Origin: Eledone cirrhosa
Taxonomy: Eukaryota
Direction: 5' to 3'
Assembly: GCA_964016885.1 (NCBI GenBank)
Contig: OZ024743.1
Span: 184,884,001 to 184,948,000, forward strand
DNA: 64,000 nucleotides
Of this stretch, positions 24,876-38,649 are shown one piece after another; position 1 is the stretch's first letter, and each line of letters begins with the position of its first letter. The position numbers were made by a program, and so were the translations under genes. Below the pieces are notes generated by a model. That model worked only from the letters and a program-made list of their open reading frames with translations. It was not told where the DNA came from and made no database searches.

Positions 24876-25925
24876 CATCATCATCATCGTTTAACGTCTA
24901 TCTTCCACGCTAGCATGGGTTAGACTGAAGTTGTCCCACTTGAGGCAAGATAGGTTGGGTGACCGTGTCTCACTCGTATAGGACTATCTGGCAGGTCTCC
25001 TATGGCTGGATGTCCTTCCTAACACCAACCACATTTACAGTGTGGACTGGGAACTTTTTACCATGTTACCTACACAGCCACATTACAGCGTGGACTGTGT
25101 GTTTTTTTGTCGTGACACCTACACGATCTCATTAGTTTGGACTGGATGTTGTGGTACAAACATAACTTCATAGAGAAAGGTTGGTGTTGGCGAGAGTGGG
25201 ATGGAGTGGGGTAGATGGACTGTAGGTTAACTTTGTACGTAGGGAAGGAAGATCTGTATTACTGTGTGGCGCCAAAGATCTCGATCCAGTGACATTGTCT
25301 TAGAGAGGTGCAAGTGTGCAAGGTCGGACTTTATCATGTCGTCCCAGGTTTTTCTGAGTCTGCCTACTCCGTAACTTCCATCAATTTTGATCGCCCTGCA
25401 CTTTTTTATACAGCTGTCATCTTTCATGCACATCATGTGACCGTACCAACATAATCTTCTCTCGAGTAAACAGCATCTGATCCCTCTTATTCCTAATTTC
25501 TCACTTAGTTCATTTATGTTTTGCCGTTTGTGTATATTACTATTACACATCCAACGGAGCATGCATACTTCGTTCCTTTCCAGTCTGCACAGGTCCTCTG
25601 CACACAATGCCAATGTCTCACTGCCATGTAACATTGCTGTTCGTATACAAGCATCATACAATCTGCCTTTCATTTTCAGAGAGAAACCTTTTGTGGCCAA
25701 CAGCAGTATAAGTTCTCTAAACTTTTTCCATCCCGTTCTAACTCTGGCTACTGTACTTTCAGAACACCCACCACCACTGCTGATTTTGTCACCCAGGTAA
25801 CGGAAAGTGTCCACTATTTCTATGGAACCATCTGGGCAGTAGAAGGAGCTAGTATCTTGTGGTCACTTGCTCCTTATTGCACCTCAGCATTGGCTACATA
25901 TAAAACGTACGTTCTTAGATAGCTT
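24876..25925 (-). mobile_element. 5'-truncated RTE LINE with 3' UTR and (GAT)n tail
   Basis: ORF 25227-25814 is highly similar to the C-terminus of the 617-aa ORF; (CAT)n at 24876-24888. Confidence 0.92.
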
Positions 25926-26364
25926 GTCACAAAACAGGTATATCTGTTGGGTTTTTTTCAGACATTGTTTTAATAATAGTTATTGAAATAGATTTTGTTA
26001 AATATTACAGCAATTGAAACTGGTATATAATTCTATAAAAGATAGGTCATATTTAAATGACAATTTATTTATTATACTTATAAATAGAGTAGAAAATGAG
26101 AAATAGAATGATTATATTCAGGGAGTTACGCTGAATAGGCTTCTGTGCTCACTTCATCTAAATGGTGCTATCATTACAAGCAACAGTCACTCATCTTATT
26201 CTATATACAGAAGCACTACTATTTAGATGTTTTCATGCTATCATTAAAAGTACAGTAACATCATTATTTTATGAGTTTTTCTGTGCTTATGTAGGTTGGA
26301 CAAGTCTTCTCCAGCACAGCTTTCCTCCACTTGTATTCATTTATCACCTCCTGTGAGGTTTAGC

Positions 26365-26700
26365 ATTTTGTGATCAGCTCTCACCACTTCTACCTAGATC
26401 TTTTTCAGGCTTCCTATTCTGCAGCTTCCTTCCACTGGGATCTCCCGACACCCAATAACCATCATCTATATACATTATGCATCCATACCAGCGCAATCTT
26501 CTCTCTGGCACACTGTATCCGATTCTTCTGATGCCCAGTTTTTCTCTCAGCTCATTCATGCTACATCATTCATACACAAATTACACATCCTGACTTCATT
26601 TCTTTCCAACCTTTGCATATCCTGTGTATTCATTTACTACTGTGTCACATGCAGGCATGATACAATCTACCATTCACTTGGACCAAAAATCCCTTTATCA
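26365..26700 (-). mobile_element. Old RTE 3' fragment
   Basis: MNELREKLGIRRI...ERRLRWYG. Confidence 0.7.
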
Positions 26701-27772
26701 CCAAAATACCTCCACATAGCAAGTGTTTTTACCATAGCCTCAGGTTGAGCCAAGTCTTGTCAGTGAAACTGGATAAACAGAAGTTGCTCGGAAGTCCATC
26801 AGATGAACTGTACATACAATTCAAAAGCCCAGTCTTGTCATATAGTCCGTCACACTGAATCTCTTTAAGAATTATGTTATGAGTATATGTGTCTGTGTAA
26901 TGCTCAGTCACTTTCACATTAATATAACAAGCAAGCGGTTCTGTCAATTGAAACAATCAAAACACACAAAAGAGGTCCATTTATTTACATTATGTCCAAT
27001 CCATGCAAGCACATACATTTCCTCACTGCTCTTGATCATCTTTACTCAGCTCATGGCCCAGCCATCTCACTCCCTTTCTTTTCACAACATGACAACAACA
27101 ATGTAGAATTTTTTTAAATCACAATTCAACTGAAATTTAATAACTAACAATTGAATAACTAACAATTTTTCTGTGTCCTCAATTTAAAACATTTTTCACA
27201 ATAATTATATGTTGATTTACTAACCTAGTATATATCTACTGAAATAAATATTGCTATAATAAAATATCTTCAATCAGTGTGTCTATAAATATTTCCATTT
27301 AAACTGTATATAAAACATAATGAAACATCTTTTCCCATTCTTTAACACTTCCATTACCTTATTTCTAATAAAAGATGCCGCTTATGTTTTCCATAATTTG
27401 AACATAATTTTACAAAAGTTCTTACATTGTATTATGATGGAAGGTTTTTAGATAAATATAAACACTTTATATAGAACCAGGTGGTGGTTTGGTATCAAAA
27501 GGGTTAAAGTTCTCCAATAAACAACAATCTGTTTATAACAAAGAACAAAGCTGCATAGATATTTAGACACCTTTACAAATTTGATACAGAATTTTCAAAA
27601 TCTGTGTTGTGTGTGTGTGTGTGCATGGGTTCACATACATAAAAATTCAAATCCACTTTTTAAATGTAAAGATATTAATTAAAATATTTTATGAATTTAC
27701 ACAAAAATGAAACAAATATTTCATATAGAGATCAATCAAATTTCGTCTCTCAATTTAGATATACAAAAGTTA

Positions 27773-27860
27773 TCTTACCTGAATATCAGTAAAAAGTAGT
27801 ACTTGAGAAAAATACTTACCTAAAAAGAAATAATAAGGGCAATCAGTTAATGATGAATTG
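27773..27860 (-). promoter_or_regulatory. Candidate recursive splice site (3'ss fused to 5'ss) with a 41-nt RS-exon
   Basis: Minus strand reads ...TTATTATTTCTTTTTAG|GTAAGT (AG at 27821-27820), then a second donor CAG|GTAAGA at 27779/27778. About 80 nt upstream are AG-free. Confidence 0.5.
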
Positions 27861-28879
27861 TTTTAAATAAAAAAAATTTAAAGACATGTAAAATAAGATT
27901 GAACTCATGGCTTTATGATTGTGAACCCAATACCCTAGCCACTAAGCTATGTGCCATCACTAGATGAACATATGACTAAATGATATGACAATTCCATCTC
28001 TATCAACATTTGATCAATCTGTTAAAAGCAACTCTCTGATACTTTCTAGGTCACAGACCCACATACATTTTTCCTCCCTCTGCCTCTTTCACTCATACTA
28101 CATTGTTATCTGCTCCTCAGATCTTGCTAAATTCATACTATTTCCATGAAGACACTCTTGACTCACTGGTCCCTCCCAAAGGAGTGGACCTGCAACAATT
28201 TAAACAGAGCATCACCAATATCAATCTCTCCAGTCTCAAAAAGCCTGTGGTGGCATGGGTACCTCCTCTTCCCTCCAGCCAACCAAGTATAAAAACAACA
28301 ACAACAAAAAAAAACCCCTATTAATTCTTTCTAACATTGGCACAAGACCAGCAATTTAGAAGAAAGGAAAAGTCAATTATATTGACCCTGGAAGGGTGAA
28401 AGGCAAAGTCGACCTTAGCAGGAATGCCATCCTAATAATAAGAATAAACAACAATCTTAAACAAGTAAGAAGATTATTGATCTATTGGTTAAAATAAAAT
28501 AAAAATTATAGGAACACAATGGGAGGAGGCATGGAAAAATGATAATCACTGATGATGTCACAGATATGTGTGATAAAAGATTTATGAGAAACATTGATTG
28601 CCAGCTAAATTATTCATAGAAATATAAAAATATACTGAAGCGAAAACCAAACCAAACAGTGAATGTGTGTTACTATATTTTTCTAGTTAAAAATCAATTT
28701 ATTCTTAAACAAAACCTGGCCAATTAACACAATTGCAGTGGAATTGTGTCAATAACAGGTCGCAGAAGTGATGTGAACCTTTTGATATTTCATAATATCC
28801 ATATAAGTGTGCAAAAGTGAGGCCATTTGGGGTGTAGTGCAACAATTGCAGTAATTGTGTCTTTCTACTGTTGTGTGTC

Positions 28880-29270
28880 CAGACAGGATGTTTTTGAGAT
28901 CTCAGTTCATGGACTCAGAGCAAATTTGGCTCAAGGTGTCTAGGTAGTATAATGATATTTTGATGTGGAAGGTTGGGGAACAATGAAGAGTGGTATCATT
29001 TGCAAAGGAGTGGGCATTGTTGAAGGTGATAACAAGTTGGTTGCTGATGCATAAGAGAAACAAAACTGAACCTTATGGCATGCCAGAATTGATAGTGTGG
29101 ACCAGAGAGAAGTCCCTTGGTGCACACAGTGATGGTACAATCTGACAGGAAATCAGATTCAAATGACGAATGAGGGATGGCATGACCAGGAAATTCATAG
29201 AGTTGAAAGCTTTGCTGATGTTAGATACAACACTTTTCATATTCTCTTGTTCTCAAAATAAATAACATCA
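28880..29270 (-). mobile_element. Highly degenerate CR1/Jockey-like RT fragment
   Basis: VHQGTSL and HSFANDT remnants resemble RT motifs B' and C. Confidence 0.35.
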
Positions 29271-29384
29271 TAATCTCATATTCGATATTATGTGAAATAA
29301 TTATGAGAGATTCAGCCTTTACTGTGAAAATATAATAGTAAATATAGAGTAATGTAAATGGTGAAGAGTTAAATATTTTTTGCT

Positions 29385-29882
29385 TCTAATTTAAGCACAA
29401 GACCAGCAATTTACTGAGAGTTGATTAAATCGATCCCAGTCCTTAACTATATTATTTTATCACCCCTGAATGATCAAAGTTGAAGTTGATCTTAGCAGGA
29501 TTTGAACTTAGAATGTAGACTAGGGAAGAAGTGCTGAAAGCATATCTCAAAATGTTACCTTACAAGAGAGATGACAAATGAAAGAAACAAGTGGAAGGAC
29601 ATGCTAACCCATGTAAACATACTAAAAATACATTAAAATGATGCCTATGATGATGGATAGTATTGAAAAGAAAAGAAAACAAATCAGCCATTGCTGACCA
29701 GAAAATACATTTAAATGATTAATTAGTCAGATTATTGAAAAAAATAGTAATATGACTGTGGTCTTGGTTATATATAACTAAAAATGAAAATCGAATCATA
29801 GCTAGCACTTATATTAGATATTTTTATCAACTGGCAATTCCATAAATAAGGATTATAAACAAACTCATTTTAAAGAGAGAGA
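29385..29882 (+). repeat. ~490-bp dispersed direct repeat, copy 1 (copy 2 at ~40120-40604)
   Basis: Colinear high similarity from the SINE fragment through ...CATTTTAA.AGAGAGA. Confidence 0.85.
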
Positions 29883-30530
29883 AGGGGACAACAAGTGATA
29901 TAGAAGAATAAGTCTCCAGTGTGCATGGTTTTATGAGAGCCTTACTGGTGGTTATTAAGCAGGGACAGAGAAAATTACTGTCAATAACTATCTCCATCAC
30001 TTTTAAGATGTGACATTAATTGGTAGGGTTGATGGAGTTGCCTTTCTTGGAAATGGAATACACAATAGCATATTTCCAAAGATCAGGATATATCCATGTA
30101 AGGAGATGGGGGTGGGGATTAAAGATTTTGATAAGGAAATGGGCTAATGTGAGCAGATGTTAAGTTGGGTAGAAAATGAGATTTCTCATAAAAGTACTAC
30201 TTACAAAACCACAATAGTTGAAAAATGAAAAAGGGGATTCAGCAAAGAGAATGATAAACAAATGCTAAAACAAAAATATTTACAAACAATATACTCAGGA
30301 GAGTAGTTATTTGCAAAGACTAAGCTGGTTTTAATACTAATTTAAAGTGCAATATGAAACATTGCAGATTCAGTAAAAGCTTTAAATAAAAAGTTGATAA
30401 AAATGGTATATGGGAGATAATTCTTGTTGAATTAGAAATATAGATATATATATTATATAAGCAGAAGGGATATTCAATTTGTTGGTAATTCAACAAATAT
30501 AAATGTTTATAACTGATTCAGAGCACTCAA

Positions 30531-31920
30531 GATAAGGCACTTATCTACGTGTCTAAACATAGACTTATCTAGTGATGAAATGAATATAATTCTAACAGCA
30601 CGTAAAACATTAATAGAATTTAATAATCATCTCTGGACAAGAGCCGACAGAAAAAACAATTTTGATATCACTATGGGATCATCTGACTCGGCGCAACTTA
30701 CAGACTTTGTGGATTATTTATTAATAATGTACTGCATAGCAAAATGTTAGAGATGACTGAAGGTTTATATCGTGACGATATGTTGCTTTTAACTGAAAAC
30801 CATAGTAATAGTGAAATTAATAGGAAACGAAAATCCATAATACAATTTTTCAACAACTACAATCTTAAGTTAGAAATGGAGAATAACTACAAAATCGTTA
30901 ACTTCTTAGATGTAACTTTAAACCTTAGCACAAATATTTACTATCCTTTCCGTAAAATTAACGAAAATCTAAATTATGTAAGTTTCAATTCTAATCATCC
31001 TAGAAGTATTAAAAACACTATTGTCAATAGCGTCCAACAATGGATTTCACGCATCTCCGCTAATAAAAATATTTTTGATGATAAGGCTGAATATTATAAT
31101 GAAGCTTTACATAGAGCAGGATACTCAAATAGAATTAAATACATAGATAACAATAACATGACATATCATCCTAGTATTAACTTAGACACTAAACCAAACA
31201 AAAAAAATAGAACTAGAAATATTATATGGTACTCTCCCCCATTCTCATTAAAACACCTTTAGCAAAGCTATTCTTTAAAGCACTAGATAAATGTTTTCCT
31301 AAAGCCCACAGATACCACTCTATTTTTAACAGACACTAAAAAACTATCCTACTCTACTACTATGAACATAGCACAAAATATAAATAGAATTAATAATAGA
31401 AACTTAAATTTAAACCCTAACCAAAATAGCAATAATATTTCTAACAACAATATTCAGAATAATGGTACCGTTCTGAACAACAATAACTCTAGTAAATGTA
31501 ATTGTAGAATCAAATCAAACTGCCCTTTACAAAATAATTGTTTAGACAAAAACATAGTTTATAAATGCACAGTTAAAACTAGCGACAAAATATTTAACTA
31601 TATTGGTGCCACTTCAATAAAATTTAAAGAACGCTGGAATAACCATAATCATACATTTAGGAGATCTGATAAAAAATCTTCTACTTCACTTTCACATGTA
31701 ATCTGGGATTTAAAAGACAACAATATAGACTATTCAATATCTTGGAGAATGATTTCGAAAGCACCTGCATACCGAAATATGGCTTTATCAAGATTCTGTA
31801 AATTGTGTATCGAAAATTTTTTTTATATAATTAACTGTCAAAACTATTAATCTCAGAACAGAATTATTTTCTTCTTGCAAACATCGCCAAAATTCCACGT
31901 TCAGAACTATTTTTAATTTA
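30531..31920 (+). pseudogene. Disrupted PLE RT-GIY-YIG ORF (pieces 30744-31262 and 31362-31850)
   Basis: Colinear with the 682-aa ORF, with several frameshifts. Confidence 0.88.
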
Positions 31921-32756
31921 TAATATTCCTATACACCTTCAAAATGATCCTACTTTTTTTTTTAATTTTAAATGTAAATTTTTAATATTTTTAATATTTC
32001 ATAAATTTTTTAATATCTCTAATATTTATTATAATATTTTTAATATATATATTTAATATCCTACATTATTTTAATCTGACATTTTTAATTCCGACATTAT
32101 TTTTGTAAGGACACCCCTATAAATATATTTTTAGATGTAGATTGATAATCTTTAAATGACATTCTGAAAATTTATCCTCTTTACGATAGTTCTTCGAAAA
32201 ACACATTACATTTTTCCTCTCTCTTTTTGTTATTCAAACATTCACATCTTTCGACTAAAATTATGGATATCACACAAAATATATAATTTTCTCTAATTTA
32301 ATCGTTAACAAACAAAATTGGAGTTATCTTTCCTTTCTCAATCGTGCAAACATAAACATGTTTGATTATCTGTATAGCTTCGCTAAATTAACAATATTCT
32401 GAAAACATTTTCAATGTTGAACAACATTTTTGAATCCACAAATTGTTCTACTCTCACAACTTGAACCACCTATTTTTTAAGCAAAATACAAATTCAACGT
32501 CCTTCGTAACTCATATTTGATATATAAACAACTAATACATACGCAATTTATTAATATATATATATTGATATTTATATACATATAACCTATCGTAATGTAA
32601 TAAGATAAAAATACTTACAACCATAATTCTTCATATAATCTAATTGATTATATATACAATATGATAATTCATAATATGTAAATAAATCTTTTCCTCCAAA
32701 TTAACGTAAATGCTAGGCTCTTCTTCCTTTCTCTTCTTTCGCATACAATAACTTAT

Positions 32757-32861
32757 AATTATTTAAATTTTCCTTACGGGGTCGATAAAATAAAGTACCA
32801 GTAATGCACTGGGTATTTGCTGGCCTTATGCCTAAAGTAGAAACAATTATTTAAATTTTCC
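32757..32861 (+). mobile_element. 5'-truncated Nin-SINE with a 17-bp TSD, inserted in the PLE 3' region
   Basis: AATTATTTAAATTTTCC at 32757-32773 and 32845-32861 flanks the SINE 3' half. Confidence 0.8.
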
Positions 32862-33036
32862 ATAGCGTCTAAAATAACATTTTTTCAGCCCTTTTACCTA
32901 AACCTCATTTGCATACTCACCTTAATAATTTGAAATATCTTACTTTTCTTCTCTTTTCCCTTCACTATCCAGGGATAAACTTGAACCGTTAAGGTATATT
33001 CTCCTTGGTATGTCAAAATTTATAAAACACACTTCG

Positions 33037-33097
33037 TATTTTATCTAATGATAGCGTACCAAAATTTTGGTACCCTTGAAATATATATAATAGGATA
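33037..33097 (+). ncRNA. Type I hammerhead with G5A core mutation (CTAATGA), predicted inactive
   Basis: TATTTTAT-CTAATGA-TAGCGTACCAAAATTTTGGTACCCTT-GAAA-TATATA-TA-ATAGGATA. Confidence 0.75.
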
Positions 33098-36000
33098 AAT
33101 ATGGTTTTATAAATATAGTTTCCATTTATTTAATATCATTGTATATATATTATATATATATATATAACATGGATGTTAGGCAATTATTTTCGGGTGTTTA
33201 ATAAGAATTTTCTTTTTTTAATTCTTTTACTAGTTTCACTCATTGGACTGCCATCATGATGAGACACTGAATTCAAAGGGATTTTTTCAGCAAATTTTCA
33301 TTTAGTTGTTTTTCAACAAGGCATGAGCTACACTGAGGCTGTAGAAGATATTAAGTGCTGCATGCACAGTGGAATAGCGATAATTTTAACCAAACTCACA
33401 CATATGAAAGAATAATTAGCCATATTTATGGTGTCATATCTTTGAAATTGAAGTGATAATCATCTTTAAATTACACAAATTCTTTTTTTTTTCAGGTCTT
33501 GAAAATGAACCTTCTTTTTTCTTTTTGGCAACTTTCTAAATATTTATGTAAAGCCTATTTTGGTGCATGTAACAAACAATTGATTTTGTGGCGTGACCAT
33601 TAGCTTTTCATGTTCTCAGACCTAGCTAAATCCAAAAGTACAAGCCACAGAGACTTGAGTTTTGGCACATTTGCAGTAGGTATAGAACTAAATAAATTAT
33701 GATTTTGGGACATGATACCATTTCAATAACATTTTAATGGACTATTAAAAATGGCTATAAACAATTAAATTACAGTGATTAAAGGCCGTCAAAAGCTTTT
33801 AATTCATTTTCCGACATGGTTATATTGTGATCCATTACCTGTAGGGGATATAGCTGTATACACATAGGCATATGTATATCTAGCGATATATGGTATGTTT
33901 ATGAATAGACATTTGAAAGCCTTTAGCTATGAATTTTGAAAGCTAATGACTAGAGCCATCAGGCAGATTCTAGCAGAAGCAGAGGCAGGTAATTAAGGAA
34001 ATAGGAAAATCCTTAGTAAAAATGATCAAACTGAAGCATAATTGTGTTTATATATATATATATATATATAATTCTTTTTTCATTCTGCCTTGTTTCTGTT
34101 GTCTTCTCTTTGTTAATTAGCCTAATTTTATTATTAATCTGTGACGAACGTGTTCTCTCTCCCAATAATTTTAATGGATTACATTTTTTAACACAATATC
34201 TTACTTTCTTCCCCGTCTTTTTTCTTTTTTTTTACCTCCTTTTCTTCAGTCTCACGAGACTATCATTGCTATAAAAATCACAATACCTTCTTGTCATCAC
34301 ATAAAATTCTATGTGTACCTGTTATGGCTTAATTGCTGTAAATTAGTTTTGTCTTGTTTTTACTCCATGGACAACGCTTTGGCTTTTTGTCAATTGCTGT
34401 GACCCCAGTTGGACCAGCTGTATTCTTGGTAGGGGTTGAATTGGCCAAAGTCCATCTCAACGGCTGAAGAGCTTGGAGTCCTGTCTTTTGTTTGAATTTA
34501 TATTCTCAAAAAAAATTTTTAACGTTTCCCCTTTAAAAATTCTTTTTTCATTCAGTCTTCTCTTTGTTAATTATCCTAATTATATATATATATATATATC
34601 ATCATCACCGTTTTACATCCATTCTTCCTCCTGTTGTGGGTAATACCAGGTCAGGTGACCATGTCTTGCTCATACAGAACTGATTTTGGCTTCATTTCTA
34701 CAGCTGAATGCCCTTCCTAACACCAACCTCATTTACAATGTGTACAGGGTGCTTTTTACAATGGCGCCTACATGACCACTTTACAGTGTGGACTGGGTGC
34801 TTTTTTTTGTTGCGACACCTACACGACCACTTTACAGTGATGGTGGGGAGCATACTGTCTATATGCTTCAGCTTGTACCCGTGGAAAGTCGAGTCTTCTG
34901 TATTACTGCATAATGCCAGAGGTCTCGGTCCTGTGTCAATATTATTTGTATATTTAAACATGCGTTTTTTGAAAGGTTTATTGTGTAAAGTATCAAAGTT
35001 TGTGCGTGTGTGTGCGCGCGCTTGTGCGTGTGTATATATATATATATATAGTTTTATTGCAGGCAATTATTACATTTTTGGTAGATTTATGATAATGCTT
35101 TTTCTTTTCTTCTTTTTTTATTTCATTTTCATAAACAGACTATGATAATAAAGGTAGTTTGTGACTCAATAAGTCTATAATTAGAATTATCAGTTTCTGG
35201 TCATATAATAGTAGCATAAGAGATTGGTTTACTACAAAGTTATTTATCTATTTCATCTTGCTGCTCTACTTGCTCTCCCCCCAATTAAAAATAATAATAA
35301 TAATTGAGTAAATTTATTATTATCATTACTATTATTGTTATATTAATGTCTGCGTATCTTAAAATTGTCAAGTATTAGTAGAAACAAAGTATAGAAGAAA
35401 AGAGTGAAAATAGGTCAGTTCAGAGAACTGTATGACAAGCAGCCATTTTTATGAATATATATTTTTTTAATGAGAACATGTTTCAGTCTTGTTACTCTGG
35501 AGTTTCTTATGTAAATCTCTACTATGGTATTGAGTACTTATTCTCACAACCATCAATACTAAGTAGCTGTAAGTATGGAAAAGCTGATGTAAAAATGATG
35601 ATGATGATGAAATATACTTTCTAAAGCCATATGAATTGTATGCAATTACTGTCAGGCACTCAATGAAGACTTTTAGAAGTTGGATAGATGCAGGCATAGC
35701 TGCATGGTTAAAACGACTGCTTTACAACCACATGATCTTTGGTTCTATTGCACATTGTTAATACTTTGCGTTAGTGTCTTATATTAAAGCTTCAGGCCAA
35801 CCAATGTTTTGTAATTGGAGACAATGATGATATTTGAAAAACAATTCTTTAAAAATTTGATTTTCAAATTGGATATTCTATAGAATTCAATGACTGCATG
35901 TATCATCATTTTACGCCTGCTGTTCCATGCTTGATGGGTCTTTTTCAGCACACCATCTCTCCACTCATCACATTCCATTGTCATCTCCTCTGTGATCATC

Positions 36001-36352
36001 TCTCACCATCTCCACCCAGGTCTTCCTGTATCTGGTTTAGAATAGGTATACCATACCCCCACCCCACATGTTGTATGAGGTGACTAAAATGGTTTGTGCC
36101 AAGAGTATCTGACTAAAACATTGCCACAAAAAAGACTCCATATCAAAAGACACCACAAGGCTAACTGCTGCTAAAGTGGAGAGGAAAATAGGCTTTAAAT
36201 AGTTGTGTTGTATTGTATTTAGATGAAAATAAAAACAGAAGAAAGAAATATAAACTGCCTATTAAACTTGAGGTACTCTGTTATAGTTTCCAATCACTTT
36301 CCAAACACACACACACTTTCTATTTTATTTTAAAAGAGAAGCTATAAAAATG

Positions 36353-36619
36353 TCATGTCAACATGTTGTATAGCTCAAGTGCCTTTCTAGACTGTTTTAT
36401 AGAAGCTAACAATGCATCTATAATATGTCTGACTGCTCTCTCTCTCAGTTCCAACTCTCTTAAGCTATTTTTCTTGATCAACTTTGTTTGACAAGTTGAT
36501 AAGATGCTATTTAACACCAATTCAACACTGATCAAAGGCATTCCACCTGTGGCCATCCCAATCTTTTTATTCAGTGATCTCTTACTTGCACTTGATAGCT
36601 TTGATGCCAAGTACTGCAT
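36353..36619 (-). CDS. Candidate 88-aa ORF or exon of unknown function in unique sequence
   Basis: GAGCCATG start context, protein-like composition, no repeat similarity seen, AATAAA ~25 nt past the stop. No family recognised. Confidence 0.25.
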   Translation of the reverse strand: MQYLASKLSSASKRSLNKKIGMATGGMPLISVELVLNSILSTCQTKLIKKNSLRELELRERAVRHIIDALLASIKQSRKALELYNMLT

Positions 36620-36985
36620 GGCTCAAATGAAAATCAGTGCTGCGAAAACTGAGACACTCGTCCTCAAGAAAGCCTGTGCAGTGCACTCTAGATGCGAATG
36701 TGGTTCCACAGAATTTAGTGCAAGAATTGCAGGAGCTGGTACAGTAATGTGCCAGCTTCAGCAGTCAGTAATCCAAAGAAGGGAGGTAGGTGTAAAAGGA
36801 GAAGAAGAAATCTCTACCATATGCATCGACGAAAGACGATTAAAATTTATGCAAACCTATGACACAGTGTTGTGACCATGACAACAGTCAATTATACACC
36901 TCAGACTTGCTATATTTGTTCAACTAAAACCACCACCACAGTTATCACTGATTTCGATTTCAAAGCTAATTTAAAATACAGGTAT

Positions 36986-37019
<34 letters not shown>

Positions 37020-37025
<6 letters not shown>

Positions 37026-37500
37026 AGGTACAACTTTTGAGACTTTCTTTTCAGGCACTTTTAATTGACCTACGTAACTGTCACTCTAATACATTCTTGA
37101 TATAGTTATAATAACCCAGCATACCAAATCTTCTTTTCCAGGTTATAGGTTCGGGCCGCTACAGCACTTGAAACACTACCTGTCATATACATCTTGTCAC
37201 AGCTGACTGGTTCCACAATGTAGTCAGGACTTGACGACAACTTGGAGGCTCGATATGCAATAAAGTTTTGTGTCAAGCTCAGCAAATACGCTGCAGAAAC
37301 CTATGAAATCAAATACCTATAGAAAAAGTGTTTAGCCCCCAAGGATATTCATGATGACACGGTTGCTATATTAGGGGATGACAGATGCTCCAGCTTTATG
37401 AACAGTGCAAAAGTGGATAGCTGAATTTAGGAGAGGAAGGAAGATAACCCAACTCTGGACGTCCTGCAAATGCCACCACCAAGGAAAACATTGGGTAAAC
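37020..37500 (+). mobile_element. Mariner-like transposase N-terminal remnants
   Basis: EARYAIKFCVKL.K.AAETY, then KDIHDD...LGD, VQKW.AEFRRGR and SGRP. Confidence 0.65.
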
Positions 37501-38649
37501 TGTGCTGGTGCCATAATAAAACACACAGAATACTCTGTAAAATTGTTGGCAATTGGAGACAATATAGGGTAGAAAGGACTTCTTCGGGCTGAGTACATGA
37601 AAACCTCTTTGATGTGGGTGCCAGGACAAAATGCACCCAGTACACTTCATAAAATGGTTAGCAATCAAACAGATAATATAACGAGGACTTTTCAGTCTGG
37701 CTGAACACATGACCTCACTAGTACTGGTGCCACAATAAAATGCACCCAGTACACTCTGTAAAGTGATAGTGTTGGTGTCATAATATAATGCATTCAGTAC
37801 ACTCTGTAAAGAGGGTGGCTTTAGGATGGGCATCCAGTCATAGAAACTATACTCACCCATCAAATCTAAGCCAGCAGTGAAAAGACATATGATGATGATA
37901 AACAGTACACCCTAGTACTGAAATTTGATTTTGTAATTATATTTCTAATATCTGCTTTCACATGTACTCTTGTTTATTTAAACTCTTGTCCTTGTTTTGA
38001 CATCACAAACTGTCATCTATACCAGATGTGCTAGAAATAATTAACTGTATGAACATCTTGTGTATTGAACTATTTTTTATCCAGACAATTTTATTAGACA
38101 CAGCAAACTTCTATTTTAGCTATACACACTGATTTCTGTTTGTTATACACTATCAAAGTGGTTTCAGATTATACTGTATAACATTTAAAATTTATTTTTA
38201 GTATTTAACTCATTCCTTCCAGATTCTTAACCATTTCAAAATGACTTGTATCATAGGCAGTGTATTTCATTAGAAATTTGGTAACGAAAAGGTTAATAAA
38301 TATTTAATGAATTTTATATAAATAAATTCTCTTTAAAATAATTTTGTTTTACTTAATAAAAGCGTTTTAAGACCATCTATCTTCCCTGCTAAACCTAATA
38401 CAGCCCAACACCACTGATTTTGCAGATAATCACAAAAGGATGAAAGAGATATCACAAGGCATCATCTAACAATTCTGCCAATTCAGCTCACTGGACTGGT
38501 ATATATTTATTGACCCCGAAAGGATAAAAAGTAAAGTTGGCTCCTGCAGTATTTAAACTCAGCGCACAGAGAGCCAGAACAAATACCTTTAACAAATACA
38601 TTTAAGTCTGACACTAACAACTATGCTAGTTCACTGTCATTATTTACGA

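Larger units (their letters stand above)
30458..33142 (+). mobile_element. Second, decayed 5'-truncated Penelope-like element (related family), flanked by (TA)n
   Basis: Frameshifted RT/GIY-YIG (FDITMGSSDSAQLTD, LYRDD, VNFLDVTL, SNHP, CNCRIKSNCPL, IVYKC...YIGAT), a hammerhead near the 3' end, and an inverted copy of the family's 3' tail at 30458-30530. Confidence 0.88.
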
